A stretch of DNA of 53,161 bases from Octopus bimaculoides (lineage: Eukaryota), in assembly GCF_001194135.2 (NCBI RefSeq), contig NC_068984.1, positions 72,749,689 to 72,802,849 of the forward strand. Direction: 5' to 3'. Shown here one piece after another: positions 50,354-53,161 of the stretch. The notes below the pieces were generated by a model that was given only the letters and a program-made list of their open reading frames with translations, did no database searches and was not told the origin of the DNA. Each line of letters opens with the position of its first letter. Position 1 is the first letter of the stretch. The position numbers and the translations under genes were made by a program.

Positions 50354-50695
50354 GTCACTAAAGTGACTAAAGGTACTACTTAAGACCAGAGTCGCTAAAA
50401 CATCTCATAGCTACGAGAAAGCACTTACCTTACGACTGACAGACGATGTAAGCTCCTTACAGCATAGCTAGTGATTTCGCATTTGGTTAATGCTCGTCAG
50501 TGGCTTTCTCCCGGCTGCCTAGGGTTAAGCTACATTGCCTTGTCGGTTTATAAGAGTTACCGTAGAGATCGTATGCTGATTTCATAAATGGTAAAACTGA
50601 AAATTATAAATTATTAAAGTAGCTTATTCGTAATTTACAACTAAAAGGCATTTAACACTAGTATTGCTAGAAATAAGAGTCACTTTAGTGACGTC
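50351..50695. mobile_element. ~345-bp MITE with perfect 18-bp TIRs flanked by TATA
   Basis: gacgtcactaaagtgact (50351-50368) / agtcactttagtgacgtc (50678-50695); TATA on both sides. Confidence 0.85.
50415..50510 (-). ncRNA. Hammerhead-like motif (type I layout, extended stem III), activity uncertain
   Basis: The minus strand has CTGACGA-GCATT-AACCA-AATGC-GAAA (plus 50475-50500); the helix GAGAAAGC/GCTTTCTC encloses it; candidate GUA triplet at plus 50426-50428. Confidence 0.5.
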
Positions 50696-52296
50696 TATAC
50701 TTCTGCCTTTCTTTTGTAAATTGCGAATAAGTAACCTGTATTACACACACATTCACACACACATAAATACAGTTTACTGTTGCGTTAAGGTGACAGCAAC
50801 AAAAAAGAAGTACTCCAGTCACTGAGAGATAAATATGATTTACTGTACACAGTATAAATATACGAGCTACTAGCCGAGTACTCTCAGGTTCTGAGCATAT
50901 AGTCTATTAAATTTTCAAATCAGGACGCTGGTACACGAGAAAATCACGAGAAAGAAGAATGTAGCTGCACAAAATGTAAGGGTGAATAGAAACGGAAGAA
51001 AATTAGATTTACATGCTGTTTGGCCGTTAGGCCATAATAAAGTTAGATGTTGCTGAGGATGTGGTCCAAAGTCTGCAAGACAGTCGTTCAATTTAGAGAA
51101 GGTGGTGTCCACCTGTTGGACGGAACAAATTTGTCCACATCTTTGCATTTGCTGTAAATTTCGGATCCAGAATTCAGTAGAACACGCACGCACGCACACA
51201 CACGCACACACACACACACACACACACATGTATATATGAATATATGTATGTGTGTATATATATATATATATATGTATGTATATATATATACGCTTATATA
51301 TATATATACATATATATANNNNNNNNNNNNNNNNNNNNNNNNNNNNNNNNNNNNNNNNNNNNNNNNNNNNNNNNNNNNNNNNNNNNNNNNNNNNNNNNNN
51401 NNNNNNNNNNNNNNNNNNNNNNNNNNNNNNNNNNNNNNNNNNNNNNNNNNNNNNNNNNNNNNNNNNNNNNNNNNNNNNNNNNNNNNNNNNNNNNNNNNNN
51501 NNNNNNNNNNNNNNNNNNNNNNNNNNNNNNNNNNNNNNNNNNNNNNNNNNNNNNNNNNNNNNNNNNNNNNNNNNNNNNNNNNNNNNNNNNNNNNNNNNNN
51601 NNNNNNNNNNNNNNNNNNNNNNNNNNNNNNNNNNNNNNNNNNNNNNNNNNNNNNNNNNNNNNNNNNNNNNNNNNNNNNNNNNNNNNNNNNNNNNNNNNNN
51701 NNNNNNNNNNNNNNNNNNNNNNNNNNNNNNNNNNNNNNNNNNNNNNNNNNNNNNNNNNNNNNNNNNNNNNNNNNNNNNNNNNNNNNNNNNNNNNNNNNNN
51801 NNNNNNNNNNNNNNNNNNNNNNNNNNNNNNNNNNNNNNNNNNNNNNNNNNNNNNNNNNNNNNNNNNNNNNNNNNNNNNNNNNNNNNNNNNNNNNNNNNNN
51901 NNNNNNNNNNNNNNNNNNNNNNNNNNNNNNNNNNNNNNNNNNNNNNNNNNNNNNNNNNNNNNNNNNNNNNNNNNNNNNNNNNNNNNNNNNNNNNNNNNNN
52001 NNNNNNNNNNNNNNNNNNNNNNNNNNNNNNNNNNNNNNNNNNNNNNNNNNNNNNNNNNNNNNNNNNNNNNNNNNNNNNNNNNNNNNNNNNNNNNNNNNNN
52101 NNNNNNNNNNNNNNNNNNNNNNNNNNNNNNNNNNNNNNNNNNNNNNNNNNNNNNNNNNNNNNNNNNATACATATACACATATGCATATATATATACACAC
52201 ACACACACACACTTATATGCACTCATCCATATATGCATAATTGCACATACATAAACATACATGAGACATCATGCTGTACTTCAACACATCTTCAGA

Positions 52297-52826
52297 TCAT
52301 TTATACCAACGAAATGTACTTCTTATGATATGCGTACATTTCAGAGCATTATTCTTTACTTTATTAATCAATTTATCCTTAGAGAAGAGTATGTGGTATA
52401 GTTCCACGGTACAGAGCGAACAATACTTTCTTCCTCTCTCATATGGCATTGATCTAGCTATTATAGACCATTCTAATGAATACTGTTTATTACTTTCCTT
52501 AAGACCCCAGATGTATTTGCTAAGACTAGTGCTAGCCATTTTCTTCCTATCTCTAAAGCATATAACAGGCAGTCGTCTCTATACAAACCCCCCGTAACCC
52601 TAGGGAATTGATCATTTAATTCATAAAGGATAAATGATCCCACCATATCAGCTATTTGAGCTGAGTCGGAACTTCCCATGGCAACATCAACTGCGCCAGG
52701 GGTATATTTCCTTACCCATATCTTATCTTTAAAGCTAATAAAGGATTTCCTTGCTGCTGTTATAACTTTAAATTCTTCTTTAGTGAGGCCTGCTTTTTTA
52801 TGGAAGAACCACATAGCAAACTGGAA
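52297..52826 (-). mobile_element. Penelope-like element: RT core joined by a deletion to the endonuclease C-terminus
   Basis: ARKS..DVAMGSSDSAQIADMVG..GLYRDD (YRDD at 52572-52583), then in another frame STSLSKYIW.LKE..WSII....Y......CSLC..E..INK....KC.H. Confidence 0.9.
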
Positions 52827-52827
52827 A

Positions 52828-53161
52828 GTACTTAAGGAAGCTAACATAGAAACTAAAGAAATAATGGAAAATTATAACCTGACCGATAGGACGGAACCGT
52901 TGGTACCAAGAGAACCAAGATTTATACTCAAGGACCATAAAGTAAATTTCTGGACACAGCCATCACTAAGACTTATATGCCCAACGAGATCGGACATAGG
53001 AATATTAAGCAAGAACATTATAAATAACTATCTACCCACAATAACCACTAAGTTAAAGTTAGAATTATGGTCTAGTACAGACCAAGTAATTAATTGGTTT
53101 AGATCAATTGAACATAAAGAAGAAACAAAATTTATCCAATTTGATATAGCTAACTTTTATA
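52828..53161 (+). mobile_element. Penelope-like RT N-terminal segment in inverted orientation, open to the window edge
   Basis: Stop-free frame: LKDHKVNF..RLICPTRSDIGILSK..LW.ST.QVINWF.SIEHK..KFIQFDIANFY. Confidence 0.9.

Noticed and set aside
52262-52296. Hammerhead at the PLE 3' end (minus strand CTGAAGA plus a weak stem II)
   Set aside because: GAAA and stem III are missing; at most a decayed remnant.

Overview
AT-rich eukaryotic genomic DNA with 11 N-gaps (about 4 kb in total), most of them next to (TA)n runs. The repeat content suggests a cephalopod (Octopus-like) genome; this is inference from repeat style, not a database match. No host protein-coding gene, rRNA, intact tRNA gene or CRISPR array can be supported, and most tracked ORFs are microsatellite or N read-through. 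The window is a transposon graveyard: three tRNA-headed SINE families, four mariner relics, a CR1/L2-type LINE 3' end whose tail matches one SINE family, an R4/Dong-type LINE fragment, Penelope-like fragments (one with a 5' inversion), a Helitron Rep/helicase fragment, a non-autonomous Helitron, and several MITEs. The most interesting signals are: (1) a near-complete minimal type I hammerhead ribozyme (28164-28208) at the end of a non-autonomous Helitron, and a second hammerhead-like core (50415-50510, minus strand) inside a TIR-bounded MITE, i.e. ribozyme cores in DNA-type elements; (2) one tRNA-like Pol III cassette found both inside an 82-bp-TIR MITE (5695-6107) and in a 310-bp tandem repeat arranged as a ~0.9-kb quasi-palindrome (24329-25245); (3) a Penelope RT with a twin-priming-like inversion at the right edge.
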